Source of the DNA: a virus
Virus genome (UHGV): UHGV-0124283
Direction: 5' to 3' (one strand)
DNA: 64,000 bases
This document shows positions 39,856 to 49,891 of the stretch, one piece after another (the first letter of the stretch is position 1; each line of letters opens with the position of its first letter). The notes under the pieces were generated by a model. The model was given only the letters and a program-made list of their open reading frames with translations. It ran no database searches and was not told the DNA's origin. The position numbers and the translations under genes were made by a program.

Positions 39856-40192
39856 TACCCGCCGCAACCAGTTGTTTCTGAACTTCAGCTTTTCGTTCCA
39901 TTTGCCTGTCAGCATATTTGGCTTGTTCTGATTCATTTTTCACTTCCTGGCTGTGAAAATGTTGCTCTGCTTTGTTCATCGTCTCAATGGTCTGGTTAAG
40001 ATCCATTATTGACTTATCACGTTCCTTAACAGCCTGATCAAGACTGCCAATTTTCTCGATGGCTTGCTTTAGCTGATGACGTTCCCATGCAAACCCAGCA
40101 CCAACAAGTGCGCAAATCAGAACAAGAACACCAGTAGCAGCAAGTTTCTCCTTCAAAGACAAAGCTGTTTTTAACGTAGAAAAGAATGACAT
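39770..40192 (-). CDS. i-spanin-like protein (N-terminal TM plus coiled coil)
   Basis: ATG 40192 with AGGAGG RBS; TM GVLVLICALVGAGFAW then helical region. Confidence 0.5.
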   Translation of the reverse strand: MSFFSTLKTALSLKEKLAATGVLVLICALVGAGFAWERHQLKQAIEKIGSLDQAVKERDKSIMDLNQTIETMNKAEQHFHSQEVKNESEQAKYADRQMERKAEVQKQLVAAGNVRQRIPADTQRLLRESISEFNADADKG

Positions 40193-40231
40193 GTCTTCCT
40201 CCTGAAGAAAAATTATCAATGAAGTCCTTTG

Positions 40232-41020
40232 TTACTGTGCCGCTTTGTTTAATTCATCAAGAACAGAATCAGGAACCAAAGCGGCAACTGCGCTGGCTGT
40301 GCTGGCCTTATTTGCTGATGCTTCCGCAAGCGCGGTACCGATAGCATGGTTATAAGCAGTTATGGCTACGTTGGCGCTTTCATTCGCTCGTTCATACTGC
40401 TGTTGTAACGCAGTTGTGGGCGCTGTTGTCTGGTTGAAAACAACCCCAAACTGTTCAGTTGCTACTTTCAGAGATTCAATTTGCTCTTCTGTTAGTGCTG
40501 GTGGGGGAGTGGCAGTGCCGCCGCCTGAACCAGAGCCTGACGAGCTTCCTGAGCCAGTGTTAAGGGTCTGGTTAATCTCCCCCATAGCAGCAACTAAACT
40601 TGATGTATTAAGCGCGTTTACAGCGTCCTCAAGCGATTTAGTAATAGTCACATCACCAATGGCAATAGAGATCGGCAGTTCTGAAACTTCTCGCTCATTA
40701 GCACGGCAGTAAACATCCCAACCAATATCGAGTTGAAGCAGCATTGACAGATCTGCATAACCAGCCAACAGGTCCGCGTGCTTAGTTGCCAGTTCGACAA
40801 TGTTCGTTAAGCCTGTTGTGGTTGTTCTGATCGTTGAAACATAACTGGTAATAGTGTCGGGATAGACAATTGTATCCAAAATTAATCCGATCAATTCTTC
40901 TGCAAGCTGTTTTGCCGTGTTAGCACTGTTTCGTGCCGATGTTATGGCACCAAGTGTTTTCATCCCACCGGCTGCGGCCAATTTTTTATATGCGGATAAC
41001 TGGTAGTCTTTTTCCAGCAT
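40232..41020 (-). CDS. hypothetical protein with Gly/Ser-rich linker
   Basis: ATG 41020 with AGGAG RBS; TGSGSSSGSGSGGGTATPPP linker. Confidence 0.4.
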   Translation of the reverse strand: MLEKDYQLSAYKKLAAAGGMKTLGAITSARNSANTAKQLAEELIGLILDTIVYPDTITSYVSTIRTTTTGLTNIVELATKHADLLAGYADLSMLLQLDIGWDVYCRANEREVSELPISIAIGDVTITKSLEDAVNALNTSSLVAAMGEINQTLNTGSGSSSGSGSGGGTATPPPALTEEQIESLKVATEQFGVVFNQTTAPTTALQQQYERANESANVAITAYNHAIGTALAEASANKASTASAVAALVPDSVLDELNKAAQ

Positions 41021-41028
41021 GATATCTC

Positions 41029-41313
41029 CTAACTTACCTGAACTAGGCCGTCTCCGGACGCTACGGTAGATCCGCATGAAACAGGGTCACCAACGCATAC
41101 GATCCCTTTACCATTGACGGTAAACCATGCCCTGGTTGATATAGCTTGCCCACCGTGCGTACTGTTTCCATCGGTATGCTGTGCATATTGCTTACCATCA
41201 ACTAATACTTCGACTCCGTTGACTTTAAGTAGTGGTTCACTCTCTACAGGAGGCCTGGATGGGAATCCTCCGTGCCCCGAACAAATGCTGTCTTTTGTTG
41301 CAATACTTGCCAC
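41029..41313 (-). CDS. PAAR-like small protein
   Basis: 94 aa; Cys/Gly pattern CSGHGG ... VNGKGIVCVGDPVSCGS. Confidence 0.45.
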   Translation of the reverse strand: MASIATKDSICSGHGGFPSRPPVESEPLLKVNGVEVLVDGKQYAQHTDGNSTHGGQAISTRAWFTVNGKGIVCVGDPVSCGSTVASGDGLVQVS

Positions 41314-41394
41314 GTCATCACCAATTATTTGCTCTGATTTTCGTTATTTTAACTCAGGTTATTTGTGGTCTACATGGAGTTCAACTATTGCAAA

Positions 41395-41411
41395 ATTGCT
41401 CTAATAAATAT
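41395..41411 (+). promoter_or_regulatory. C1 operator upstream of hrdC operon
   Basis: ATTGCTCTAATAAATAT. Confidence 0.6.
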
Positions 41412-41482
41412 TGTTTTTTATGTCGTATTTTCGGTACCATTCAGCCATCGCCCTTCAATGGGCATTTGTTTGGAGTCGTCAG

Positions 41483-41767
41483 ATGCAGATGGAGCTAATA
41501 AGCCGCAAAGAGTTCGATAGCCGTGTAACCAGCGGTGAACTCGACAACTTGCAGGCTATCAAGGTGAAAGAAGGCTTTTGCCTCATTGGGAATCAGAGCG
41601 GAACAAATCGCGTTTTTATGCTTCGCCGTACGGATTTGAAGCCATTTGTCTGGAAGAACGAAATTGGTCCCAGCTCATACGCTCAAACGAGGGGGTGCCA
41701 CAACTTGGCCTTTTTCTACAAAGACGAGCTTTCTGTGGTTGATATTCAAGGGTTACAACATGTTTAA
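41483..41767 (+). CDS. small protein upstream of hrdC
   Basis: ATG 41483 seven nt after GGAG; overlaps hrdC start. Confidence 0.4.
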   Translation: MQMELISRKEFDSRVTSGELDNLQAIKVKEGFCLIGNQSGTNRVFMLRRTDLKPFVWKNEIGPSSYAQTRGCHNLAFFYKDELSVVDIQGLQHV

Positions 41768-42665
41768 GCACTGGAAAAATATTACTATTTATAAACTTTC
41801 TCGTGAGGCGGATCTGACCGACTTAGAAGATAAAAAGAAAATGATCCTTTTCACGCCATGCGGTAGTCAGGATATGGCCAAGTTCGGTTTTGTATCGCCA
41901 TTTGGTGATAATTCCGAAGTTATCGCTATGCATGGAAATGGTTTTATCCTTGTTGAAGCAAAGCGCGAAACAAAAATTCTTCCCCCGCCGGTTATCCAGC
42001 GAGCTATTCAAGAAAAAATTGAAAAACTTGAGCAAGAACAAGCGCGTAAACTGAAGAAAACAGAGAAGGACTCCCTGAAAGACGAAGTTCTGCATTCTCT
42101 TCTGCCACGGGCTTTTTCAAAGTTTTCTGTTATCCAGGCGATCTACGACGGTTCAACTAAACGTATCTATATCAATGCCAGCGCGCGGCAGGCAGAGGAT
42201 ATGCTCGCGCTTATGCGTAAGTCTCTGGGTTCTCTTCCTGTTGTGCCACTAAGTGTTGAAAATCCCATTGAGTTAACGCTGACCGACTGGGTACGTGATG
42301 CTAGTGCTCCACAGGGATTTCAAATGGGGGATGCGGCAGAACTTAAGGCAGTGCTTGAGGATGGCGGTATCGCCCGAGTGAAAAAGCAGGATTTGGGAAG
42401 CGATGAAATTTCCACACACCTGGAAGCTGGCAAGCTCGTCACTAAGTTGGCACTCGACTGGCAGAACCGCATTAAATTTACACTGGACCATAACTTCAGC
42501 ATTACCAGCGTCAATTTTGCGGATGAATTGCTTGAGCAGAACTCTGATATTGATAGTGAAGATGTTGCGCAGCGACTGGACGCAGATTTCTTCCTATTGA
42601 CCAGTGAAATTTCGTGCCTGGTTGATGCTCTGGTAAATGCCCTTGGTGGAGAGGCTAAGCAGTGA
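41760..42665 (+). CDS. hrdC: RdgC-like recombination-associated protein
   Basis: 302 aa from ATG 41760 ([13 protein letters not shown]...); RdgC family resemblance. Confidence 0.65.
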   Translation: MFKHWKNITIYKLSREADLTDLEDKKKMILFTPCGSQDMAKFGFVSPFGDNSEVIAMHGNGFILVEAKRETKILPPPVIQRAIQEKIEKLEQEQARKLKKTEKDSLKDEVLHSLLPRAFSKFSVIQAIYDGSTKRIYINASARQAEDMLALMRKSLGSLPVVPLSVENPIELTLTDWVRDASAPQGFQMGDAAELKAVLEDGGIARVKKQDLGSDEISTHLEAGKLVTKLALDWQNRIKFTLDHNFSITSVNFADELLEQNSDIDSEDVAQRLDADFFLLTSEISCLVDALVNALGGEAKQ

Positions 42666-45600
42666 AAGAGCTGTGCTATGGATCTGTTTGCAGTGGAATT
42701 GAAGCCGCGAGTATTGCCTGGGAACCGTTGGGTATGCGTCCGGTTTGGTTTGCTGAAATCGAGCCTTTTCCATCGGCCGTTCTTGCGCTCCGCTGGCCCC
42801 ATGTCGCCAACCTTGGCGACATGACAAAACTTGCCAAAAAAGTCTTGGCTGGGGAAATCGAATCCCCTGACGTGCTCGTCGGGGGAACACCATGTTTTAC
42901 CGCGGGGCATATGGTTCTTTGTAAAAATGGTTATAAACCAATAGAAGATGTTTGCCCTGGCGATTACGTAGTCAGTCATCTCGGGCGGTTACAACAAGTA
43001 AAAAGAGTTGGTTCAAAAATAGCTAATACGGGGTTACTTAATGCCGTTGGGCAGCCTTTAGGTATAAGAACAACCAATGACCATCCCTTCCTGGCTGTTC
43101 GGTGGAAAGCCCAAAACACCCGGAAAAATGGCACATATTTTAAGAGAGAGTTGTTGTCTGAACCGGAATGGCGAGCAGCATGTGATATGCCGGGATATCA
43201 ATGGTGCGCTCTAACTAATTTCAATATTGCATCTCCAGATATTTGTTCTCGGTTCTTGTCTGAAGAACAGGCTATGTATCTTGCGGGCGCTTATGTTGGC
43301 GATGGATATATTAGGAGATGGAGAGGTAAATCTAAGAAGGCGGTTGTTTTTGGCATAAATTGCCAGAAATTGAGAAAGTTTCATTGCCGCATACCAGAAA
43401 ACATATTTTCCGTGGCAAGCGAAATCCGAGGGAGCATCAAAGTAACCTTGAATGATACGTGTTATGCCAATTGGCTTAATGAACATTTTGGCGAGTTAAG
43501 CCATGCTAAGCGTATCCCTGCATGGGTGATGTCGCATCCATTGCGTCATGTGTTTTTACAAGGCTATCTTGATACTGATGGGACACCAAGTGGTAAAGCG
43601 GGATTTAGAATTAATAGTGTTAGTCCTGCGCTTGCTTGGGGCGTTGCGGGGTTGTCACAGACTTGTGGTTATGTTTCTTCGGTCAGCTTTATTGAAGTTG
43701 AGCCCAAAAAAGTGATCGAGGATCGCGTGGTAAATCAACGGAATTATTATCAGGTAACAATCTGCCCGCAGAAATTGTCACGTAAATCAAGATTGGCTCA
43801 TGGAATGCTTTTACGAACAGTCAAAGAGTTTAAATCGGTAGGCCTAGATACTGTATACAACATAGAAGTCGAAGGTGATCATTCCTATATCCTCAATGGT
43901 GCGGTGGTCCATAACTGTCAGGCATTCAGTATCGCGGGATTACGTGGTGGGCTTGATGATGAGCGTGGCGCGCTAACTTTAAAGTATGTGGAGCTTGCAA
44001 ATGCAATTGACGACAAACGGGCTGAGTCATTTCTCAAACCAGCCGTTATTGTCTGGGAAAATGTCCCAGGAGTCTTGTCATCGGCAGATAACGCCTTCGG
44101 ATGTTTCCTTGCCGGATTGGCTGGAGAAGATGCGCCATTTGAACCAGGTGATCGACCTGAATCAGGAAAAAGTAACGCGTTCTGGCGGTGGGATGGCAAA
44201 ACCGGTTGCCATGCTCCAAAGTGGCAGCAGTGTGGTTGTATTTATGGGCCGCAGCGAAAGGTGGCCTGGAGAATCCTTGATGCCCAATACTTCGGAGTGG
44301 CACAACGACGCCGACGCGTGTTTGTTGTCGCAAGTGCTCGAACAGACCTCGATCCCGCAACGGTACTTTTTGAGTTCGAAGGCGTGCGCCGGGATATTGC
44401 GCCGAGCAGAGGCGAGGGGAAGGAAACTACCAGATATACTTCAAACATCGCTATCAGATCTTGCGATGATACAAACATAGTTGCCATGGCACATGGGCAA
44501 GGAGGGGCTGAGATAAAAACCGATAATTCGGCACCAACTTTAACATGTAACCATGAAGCACCAATTGTATTGCTCGGCGACGGTAGAATACGCCGTCTTA
44601 CCCCTGTCGAATGTGAAAGGCTGCAAGGTTTTCCTGATGGGCATACGTTGATCCCTACGGAAAAGCGTAAAAAAGTTTCTTCAGATGAACTGGCATACCT
44701 TCGCAATAACTATCCTGATTTAAGCGAAGAAGAGGCCGCGATGCTTGCAGCTGACGGACCGCGTTACAAAGCGATCGGCAATAGTATGGCAATACCAGTA
44801 ATGCGCTGGATTGGCGATCGGATTACTAAGGCCGTATGTCGGCAGAAAGAAGGAAGTGAAACAAAAGAGCGAAAAGTTAAACCAGCGGCAGAATTCGAAC
44901 GGTCCATATTCAAATGGGCTGGTGGAAAATTTGGTGTTCTGGAACAAATCTTTCGCTATTTGCCAGAAGGGAAGCGCCTGATTGAACCTTTCGTTGGTGG
45001 CGGAGCTGTCTTCATGAATGCCGGATACCAGGAAAATCTGCTAAATGATGTGAATGCTGACCTGATTAACTTTTACAAGACTCTGCAACGCGAGGCGCAT
45101 TCACTTATCACTCTGGCACATCGTTTCTTCCAGGACTACAACACACAGGAAGGATACCTGGCAGTACGGAATGCGTTTAACAAACAAGTCTATGATGATT
45201 TACATCGCGCAGCGGCGTTTTTGTTCCTGAACCGACATTGTTTTAACGGATTGACGCGTTACAACCAGGCCGGTGAGTTCAATGTCGGTTATGGGAAGTA
45301 TAAAACTCCGTATTTCCCATTACAGGAGATGGAAGCCTTCCTCGGTGCGGAAGGGCGGTCTGAGTTTGTATGCGGTGATTTTGCAGCGGTGATTGAAGCT
45401 GCCGGAGAAGGAGATGTCATCTTTTGCGATCCGCCGTATGAACCGCTTCCAAATACAGAGGGATTCACGAACTATTCCGGTCATGACTTTAAGTTTGAAG
45501 AGCAAAAACGCCTGGTGTCTCTGTTGACGGATGCTCATCGTCGAGGTGCAAAGGTTCTCATTACTAACAGTGGCGCGCCAAACATCAGAGAGCTTTATCA

Positions 45601-45703
45601 TGACAGTGGCTTCAGAGTGGAACCTCTTTTTGCCAGACGTTCTGTGTCTTGTAAGGGGGACACTCGAGGTGTAGCTCATGACGTTTTGGGTATATTGCTC
45701 TAA
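42662..45703 (+). CDS. dmt: bifunctional DNA methyltransferase (N-terminal C5-cytosine, C-terminal Dam-like N6-adenine) interrupted by an intein
   Basis: GTG start overlapping hrdC stop; C5 motifs GGTP-[intein]-[22 protein letters not shown]; Dam-like C-terminus with DPPY. Confidence 0.8.
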   Translation: MKELCYGSVCSGIEAASIAWEPLGMRPVWFAEIEPFPSAVLALRWPHVANLGDMTKLAKKVLAGEIESPDVLVGGTPCFTAGHMVLCKNGYKPIEDVCPGDYVVSHLGRLQQVKRVGSKIANTGLLNAVGQPLGIRTTNDHPFLAVRWKAQNTRKNGTYFKRELLSEPEWRAACDMPGYQWCALTNFNIASPDICSRFLSEEQAMYLAGAYVGDGYIRRWRGKSKKAVVFGINCQKLRKFHCRIPENIFSVASEIRGSIKVTLNDTCYANWLNEHFGELSHAKRIPAWVMSHPLRHVFLQGYLDTDGTPSGKAGFRINSVSPALAWGVAGLSQTCGYVSSVSFIEVEPKKVIEDRVVNQRNYYQVTICPQKLSRKSRLAHGMLLRTVKEFKSVGLDTVYNIEVEGDHSYILNGAVVHNCQAFSIAGLRGGLDDERGALTLKYVELANAIDDKRAESFLKPAVIVWENVPGVLSSADNAFGCFLAGLAGEDAPFEPGDRPESGKSNAFWRWDGKTGCHAPKWQQCGCIYGPQRKVAWRILDAQYFGVAQRRRRVFVVASARTDLDPATVLFEFEGVRRDIAPSRGEGKETTRYTSNIAIRSCDDTNIVAMAHGQGGAEIKTDNSAPTLTCNHEAPIVLLGDGRIRRLTPVECERLQGFPDGHTLIPTEKRKKVSSDELAYLRNNYPDLSEEEAAMLAADGPRYKAIGNSMAIPVMRWIGDRITKAVCRQKEGSETKERKVKPAAEFERSIFKWAGGKFGVLEQIFRYLPEGKRLIEPFVGGGAVFMNAGYQENLLNDVNADLINFYKTLQREAHSLITLAHRFFQDYNTQEGYLAVRNAFNKQVYDDLHRAAAFLFLNRHCFNGLTRYNQAGEFNVGYGKYKTPYFPLQEMEAFLGAEGRSEFVCGDFAAVIEAAGEGDVIFCDPPYEPLPNTEGFTNYSGHDFKFEEQKRLVSLLTDAHRRGAKVLITNSGAPNIRELYHDSGFRVEPLFARRSVSCKGDTRGVAHDVLGILL
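42893..43915 (+). mobile_element. intein (341 aa) with LAGLIDADG homing-endonuclease domain at the PCQ catalytic motif
   Basis: N-terminal Cys ([13 protein letters not shown]), TxxH block (TNDHPF), two LAGLIDADG motifs ([21 protein letters not shown]), C-terminal ...[21 protein letters not shown] then Cys+1; removal restores [12 protein letters not shown]. Confidence 0.75.
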
Positions 45704-45710
45704 TAAATTT
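45694..45710 (+). promoter_or_regulatory. C1 operator overlapping dmt stop codon
   Basis: ATTGCTCTAATAAATTT, exact consensus. Confidence 0.6.
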
Positions 45711-45883
45711 ATTAGTGTAATATCGCCTCGATGAATCGTGATTTATAGAGCGATTTAGCTGTTAGCCGCGACAGGCGCGGCGGTAAGCATGGCTGGGCCT
45801 AGTCCTCCCAGACAAACCACCGAGTTGCCAGGTTGACCATGCGCCTAAGTGGCAACGCCGAAGTGCGTTACGAGCTTCCAGTT

Positions 45884-45910
45884 TGCCCATCTTCGGGTGG
45901 GCGTTTTTTT
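45884..45910 (+). terminator. rho-independent terminator
   Basis: gccca-tcttcgg-gtgggc then GTTTTTTT. Confidence 0.55.
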
Positions 45911-46375
45911 CAGGGTTTTCGTCATGGTTAGCGACTTTGCGGCGGTTTAGAAACTGACCATTAAAGTAAATGCAAACGATGATCTGATGATGGTAGCGGC
46001 CTAAGAAGCCAGATGCCACGGGGTATGAGTCGTCCCCCGTCAAAAAATCGACCGCAGAGTGTCCCCGTCTGTGTATTAGGGAACGGGGAGGCACAACAGG
46101 TAAGGGCGCTGGTGTGATTAACCAGATGAACGAGAAGGGGCCATCTGTTGGTCAGCGTCCTTTCCTGTTGCGTTTTCTTTTCAGCGTAACAGCGGTGCTT
46201 AACAGCACTTTGGGTACAGTTCCACGAATTTACGGGTATATCCCGTCATGCTGAAGGCGCTAATCACGCTGGAAGCCAGGGTTGTGCATCCCCTGTTACC
46301 GAATTGCAGCTAGGGCGAGGTGCGCCGAAAAGCATACGGAGGTGGAAGCCCTCGCCGGAGACGTACCCGGCAAGT

Positions 46376-46451
46376 GATGGTGTAGCTCAGCGGTTAGAGC
46401 GGTTGACTGTTAATCAACGGGTCGATGGTTCAAATCCATTCACCATCGCCA
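46376..46451 (+). tRNA. tRNA-Asn (anticodon GTT)
   Basis: Hand-folded cloverleaf: acceptor gatggtg/caccatc, D arm gctc..gagc, anticodon stem gttga/tcaac with loop CTGTTAA, T loop TTCAAAT, CCA encoded. Confidence 0.85.
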
Positions 46452-46453
46452 AT

Positions 46454-46529
46454 GCCGGTTTAGCTCAGTTGGTAGAGCGCCTGCCTTGTAAGCAGGATGT
46501 CAGCGGTTCGAGTCCGTTAATCGGCACCA
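46454..46529 (+). tRNA. tRNA-Thr (anticodon TGT)
   Basis: Hand-folded: acceptor gccggtt/aatcggc, anticodon stem cctgc/gcagg with loop CTTGTAA, T loop TTCGAGT, CCA encoded. Confidence 0.85.
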
Positions 46530-47335
46530 GCACAACAGGTAAGGGTATTTTGCGACGTCGGAGATCGCCGAGCTTGGCAGAGGGTTCGAATCCCTACGAA
46601 GTACCCTTACCGTTGTGATGAATGCGCAGGCTGATGCGCGAAAGACATTGCAGCTATTGCGGAAAAGAGCTGTTCGGCGGGGCAATTAAACGCCCGTGAG
46701 AGTCTGAAATAACCGCAAGCCGGAGATCAGCACCGGTCATCACAACACAACAGGTAAGGGCATTCTCCCTTATGGAGCTTGGCTTAAATGCATCGAGTGC
46801 TCTTACCGTTGTGATGAAGTGCAGCTCTTTGAAGCAACCAGAAGATAAGCATCTGGCTTCACAACATAAACCGCAGGAACGACCAATAAACGGTAGTCCG
46901 TATGGAGAACACCCCGTTGAGGAAGAGGCCTGGCCGGAACCGTAACCGGCACTACAACGTTGAGAACACTGGCGTAACGGGGTCATATCCCAATCTACGA
47001 ATAAATGTTGCGTTGCAGCGTGACAACCAGTGTTCTCAACATTGTGGTGAATGCACAGGCTGATGTGCCGCAACTACAGTAGTGCGCGCTTTGCGGGGCT
47101 TGCTACAACCCTGTGTCGGAGTTCAGCACCGACCATCACAGTTTGATTCTCTGGCATGAGCATAACGCTGAAATAAGTCCAGTCTGGTGCGGCCCGATCA
47201 CCCGCCGTTAGCTCCACGAAACGGAGCACGTAACAGGTAAGAGCATTCTCCTGTAACGGGTTCATATCCCAATCTACAGGTCCACCAAGAATGCTCTTTC
47301 CGTTGCGGTGAATGCGGCTAAGCGCACGCGGGGAA
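46530..47335 (+). repeat. array of four ~100-110-bp tRNA-like hairpin repeat units
   Basis: Units at ~46530-46640, 46745-46826, 46957-47072, 47228-47333 share ACAACAGGTAAGRGCA...CTTACCGTTG long stem with internal T-arm-like hairpin, followed by GTGATGAATGC-CAGGCTGATG-GC hairpin; no anticodon arm. Confidence 0.45.
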
Positions 47336-47421
47336 ATGGTTATATCAGTCCATTCATTTCTCCTTGTTTCCCCGTCCACGGTGGATAACCAGCCAAAGGA
47401 CACCGGGAGGAACCCGGCACC

Positions 47422-47438
47422 GCAATCTAATAAATATG
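47422..47438 (+). promoter_or_regulatory. degenerate C1-operator-like site upstream of tciA-ban operon
   Basis: GCAATCTAATAAATATG, partial match. Confidence 0.3.
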
Positions 47439-47461
47439 TCACTTTTATTGAGGGATAACCA

Positions 47462-47896
47462 ATGTTCGGTAAATTGTTCGGCAAGAAAGTCGCTTCTGCA
47501 AAAGTAGAGCTGAAAAAAGTTGAGAATCGCGATCTGATGGAGGCCATTATCGGTGGCTGTTTGTTGGTGTCTGCCGCTGATGGTGAAATCGAAAAAGAAG
47601 AAACAGCGAAACTTGATCAGCTTGTCCGCTCTAATCCGCGTCTTAGTCATTTTGGTAACGAAATTACTGCAACAATTACCCGCTTTACCGAGCAACTGGA
47701 AGCTGGCTTCCGTGTTGGTCGCATGAATATCCTTCGCGAAATTGAAGATATCAAAAACGATCCAAAAGAAGCGGAAGAAGTATTCGTTAACATGCTGACA
47801 ATTGCAGAAGCGGACGGTGAAATCGAGCCAGCAGAACACAAAGTACTGGAAGAAGTAGGCCGTCGTTTAGGTCTTCGTGTGGAAGATTATCTGTAA
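47462..47896 (+). CDS. tciA: TerB-like protein
   Basis: 144 aa with duplicated AADGEIE / EADGEIE acidic motifs. Confidence 0.6.
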   Translation: MFGKLFGKKVASAKVELKKVENRDLMEAIIGGCLLVSAADGEIEKEETAKLDQLVRSNPRLSHFGNEITATITRFTEQLEAGFRVGRMNILREIEDIKNDPKEAEEVFVNMLTIAEADGEIEPAEHKVLEEVGRRLGLRVEDYL

Positions 47897-48060
47897 TGGC
47901 AAGCAAGGCACGTATCGCAATCGCCATTGGTTTTCTCTTGCTGTCCGTGCTGGTGGATTTCACCAGCACAATCCTGTCAGTTTTATCGGACGGGGCGTTG
48001 GTGGCAGTAGCTGTAACATTGGTATGGCCGATATTTAAAACAGCTTCGAAGGATCAGTGA
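47896..48060 (+). CDS. small membrane protein
   Basis: 54 aa, ATG overlaps tciA stop; hydrophobic IAIAIGFLLLSVLVDF (below ORF-track cutoff). Confidence 0.35.
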   Translation: MASKARIAIAIGFLLLSVLVDFTSTILSVLSDGALVAVAVTLVWPIFKTASKDQ

Positions 48061-48167
48061 TGGGCTTCTGGGATTTTGCTGACAAGTATCCAATTGTTCT
48101 CATTATTATTGTTGCCATAGTTGTAGGCGGCATTGTTAGCGCCATTGAAGCACTTAGTAAACAGTAA
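48060..48167 (+). CDS. small membrane protein
   Basis: 35 aa MGFWDFADKYPIVLIIIVAIVVGGIVSAIEALSKQ; ATG overlaps previous stop. Confidence 0.35.
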   Translation: MGFWDFADKYPIVLIIIVAIVVGGIVSAIEALSKQ

Positions 48168-48170
48168 TCC

Positions 48171-48246
48171 GGCCCCTTAGCTCAGTGGTTAGAGCTGGCG
48201 ACTCATAATCGCACGGTCACCGGTTCAAGTCCGGTAGGGGCCACCA
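48171..48246 (+). tRNA. tRNA with CAT anticodon (Met or lysidine-type Ile)
   Basis: Hand-folded: acceptor ggcccct/aggggcc, D arm gctc..gagc, anticodon loop CTCATAA, T loop TTCAAGT, CCA encoded. Confidence 0.8.
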
Positions 48247-48526
48247 TATTTGGTTGTAACACGGCGTCTGGCACATGCGTCGTTAGCGGTCTGGTGACGT
48301 TAAAGGGGTAACCTTTCCCCTAGCTCAGGCAACAAACCAGGTAGCCGGAATGTGCAAGCCCCGTTCATAGCGTCGGACTGCGGATTCACCATCTTGGCGA
48401 TTCGGTGTGACAGCCGGGAAGAGTCCGGCGAATTAATCCTGATTTTCTGGTGATGACTCATATCGTTAGGAGTGATTTGAGTATGCCGATTATATCTGAC
48501 ATTCAGCACGCCTGGGTGGAGTGCTA

Positions 48527-49891
48527 ATGTCTGCATCCCCTCTTGAATCCATGCCAAATTCCCTTAGTGCAGAACAAGCTGTACTTGGTGGCTTAATGCT
48601 TGATAACTGCCGCTGGGATGAAGTGGCAGATCGTATAGTTGCTGATGATTTTTATACCAATGCTCATCGTGAAATTTTCAGTGAGATGGAGAGGTTATTA
48701 AGTCATGGCAAACCGATTGATTTGATAACACTTGCTGAAGCACTTGAACAGAACGGTAAATTAGAACGCGCCGGTGGTTTTGCGTACCTTGCGGAGATGT
48801 CAAAGAACACGCCCAGCGCGGCAAATATTTGTGCTTATGCGGATATCGTTCGTGAACGCGCGGTTGTTCGTGAAATGATTTCCGTCGCAAATGAAATAGC
48901 TGAAGCTGGATATGCGCAGGATGGCCGGGGCAGCAATGAATTGCTGGATATGGCCGAGCGCCGCGTTTTTGAAATAGCTGAAAAACGACAAAAGAGCGGT
49001 AGTGGTCCAAAAGATATCGCCAGCATTCTCGATGCAACGGTATCTCGCATAGAAGAGTTGTTTCAGCGACCGCATGATGGTGTAACGGGGCTTGATACCG
49101 GATTTAACGATCTCAATAAGAAGACGGCAGGGCTTCAGTCGTCCGATCTCATCATTGTCGCCGCTCGCCCATCTATGGGGAAGACCACGTTTGCGATGAA
49201 TCTCGTCGAAAATGCCGCAGTTCGTAACGATAAGCCCGTATTGGTTTTTAGCCTTGAGATGCCGAGCCACCAGCTGATGATGCGCTCACTGGCTTCTCTT
49301 GCACGCGTTGATCAGACTCGTATTCGAACAGGGCAACTTAACGACGAGGATTGGGCGCGGGTTTCTGGCGCAATGGGGATTCTGTTGGACAAGCAGAATA
49401 TTTTTATTGATGACTCAAGCGCCCTGACACCTACAGAGCTTCGTTCCCGCGCTCGTCGTGTTTATAAAGAAAATGGTGGTTTGAGCATGATTATGATCGA
49501 CTACCTGCAACTTATGCGCGTCCCCGAGCTGCAAGATAACCGAACGCTGGAAATTGCCGAGATTTCTCGCTCACTGAAGGCTTTGGCGAAGGAATTACAA
49601 GTACCGGTGGTGGCATTGTCACAACTTAATCGATCGCTTGAACAGCGTGCGGACAAACGACCGGTAAATTCAGATTTACGTGAATCAGGAGCAATTGAGC
49701 AGGACGCAGACCTGATCATGTTTCTGTATCGCGACGAAGTTTATCACCCGGATAGCGAAATGAAGGGCATTGCCGAGGTAATTATCGGAAAGCAACGAAA
49801 TGGCCCAATTGGCACGGTGAGATTGGCTTTTAACGGCCAATACTCACGGTTTGATAACTATGCTGGTGCTGACTGGCAAGAGGATTATTAA
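48527..49891 (+). CDS. ban: DnaB-family replicative helicase (P1 Ban-like)
   Basis: ATG 48527 after GGAG; DnaB hallmarks AEQAVLGGLMLDN, Walker A ARPSMGKTTFA, IGKQRNGPIG. Confidence 0.85.
   Translation: MSASPLESMPNSLSAEQAVLGGLMLDNCRWDEVADRIVADDFYTNAHREIFSEMERLLSHGKPIDLITLAEALEQNGKLERAGGFAYLAEMSKNTPSAANICAYADIVRERAVVREMISVANEIAEAGYAQDGRGSNELLDMAERRVFEIAEKRQKSGSGPKDIASILDATVSRIEELFQRPHDGVTGLDTGFNDLNKKTAGLQSSDLIIVAARPSMGKTTFAMNLVENAAVRNDKPVLVFSLEMPSHQLMMRSLASLARVDQTRIRTGQLNDEDWARVSGAMGILLDKQNIFIDDSSALTPTELRSRARRVYKENGGLSMIMIDYLQLMRVPELQDNRTLEIAEISRSLKALAKELQVPVVALSQLNRSLEQRADKRPVNSDLRESGAIEQDADLIMFLYRDEVYHPDSEMKGIAEVIIGKQRNGPIGTVRLAFNGQYSRFDNYAGADWQEDY

Noticed and set aside
41029-41077. Apparent 49-bp overlap between the PAAR-like ORF and the downstream 281-aa ORF
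   Set aside because: Resolved by moving the downstream start to ATG 41020, which has an AGGAG RBS; the overlap is an artefact of longest-ORF calling.
46536-46615. Possible third tRNA immediately after tRNA-Thr (T-arm-like agggttcgaatccct and a 7-bp acceptor-like stem)
   Set aside because: Manual folding gives acceptor, D-like and T-like arms but no anticodon stem-loop, and the same unit recurs three more times downstream; treated as a tRNA-like repeat rather than a tRNA gene.
46304-46618. 104-aa plus-strand ORF
   Set aside because: It reads straight through the tRNA-Asn and tRNA-Thr genes; spurious.
46500-47547. Three minus-strand ORFs (61, 139 and 157 aa) covering the repeat region
   Set aside because: They overlap the hairpin repeat units, have no RBS, and repeat-derived sequence explains their open frames; more likely non-coding.
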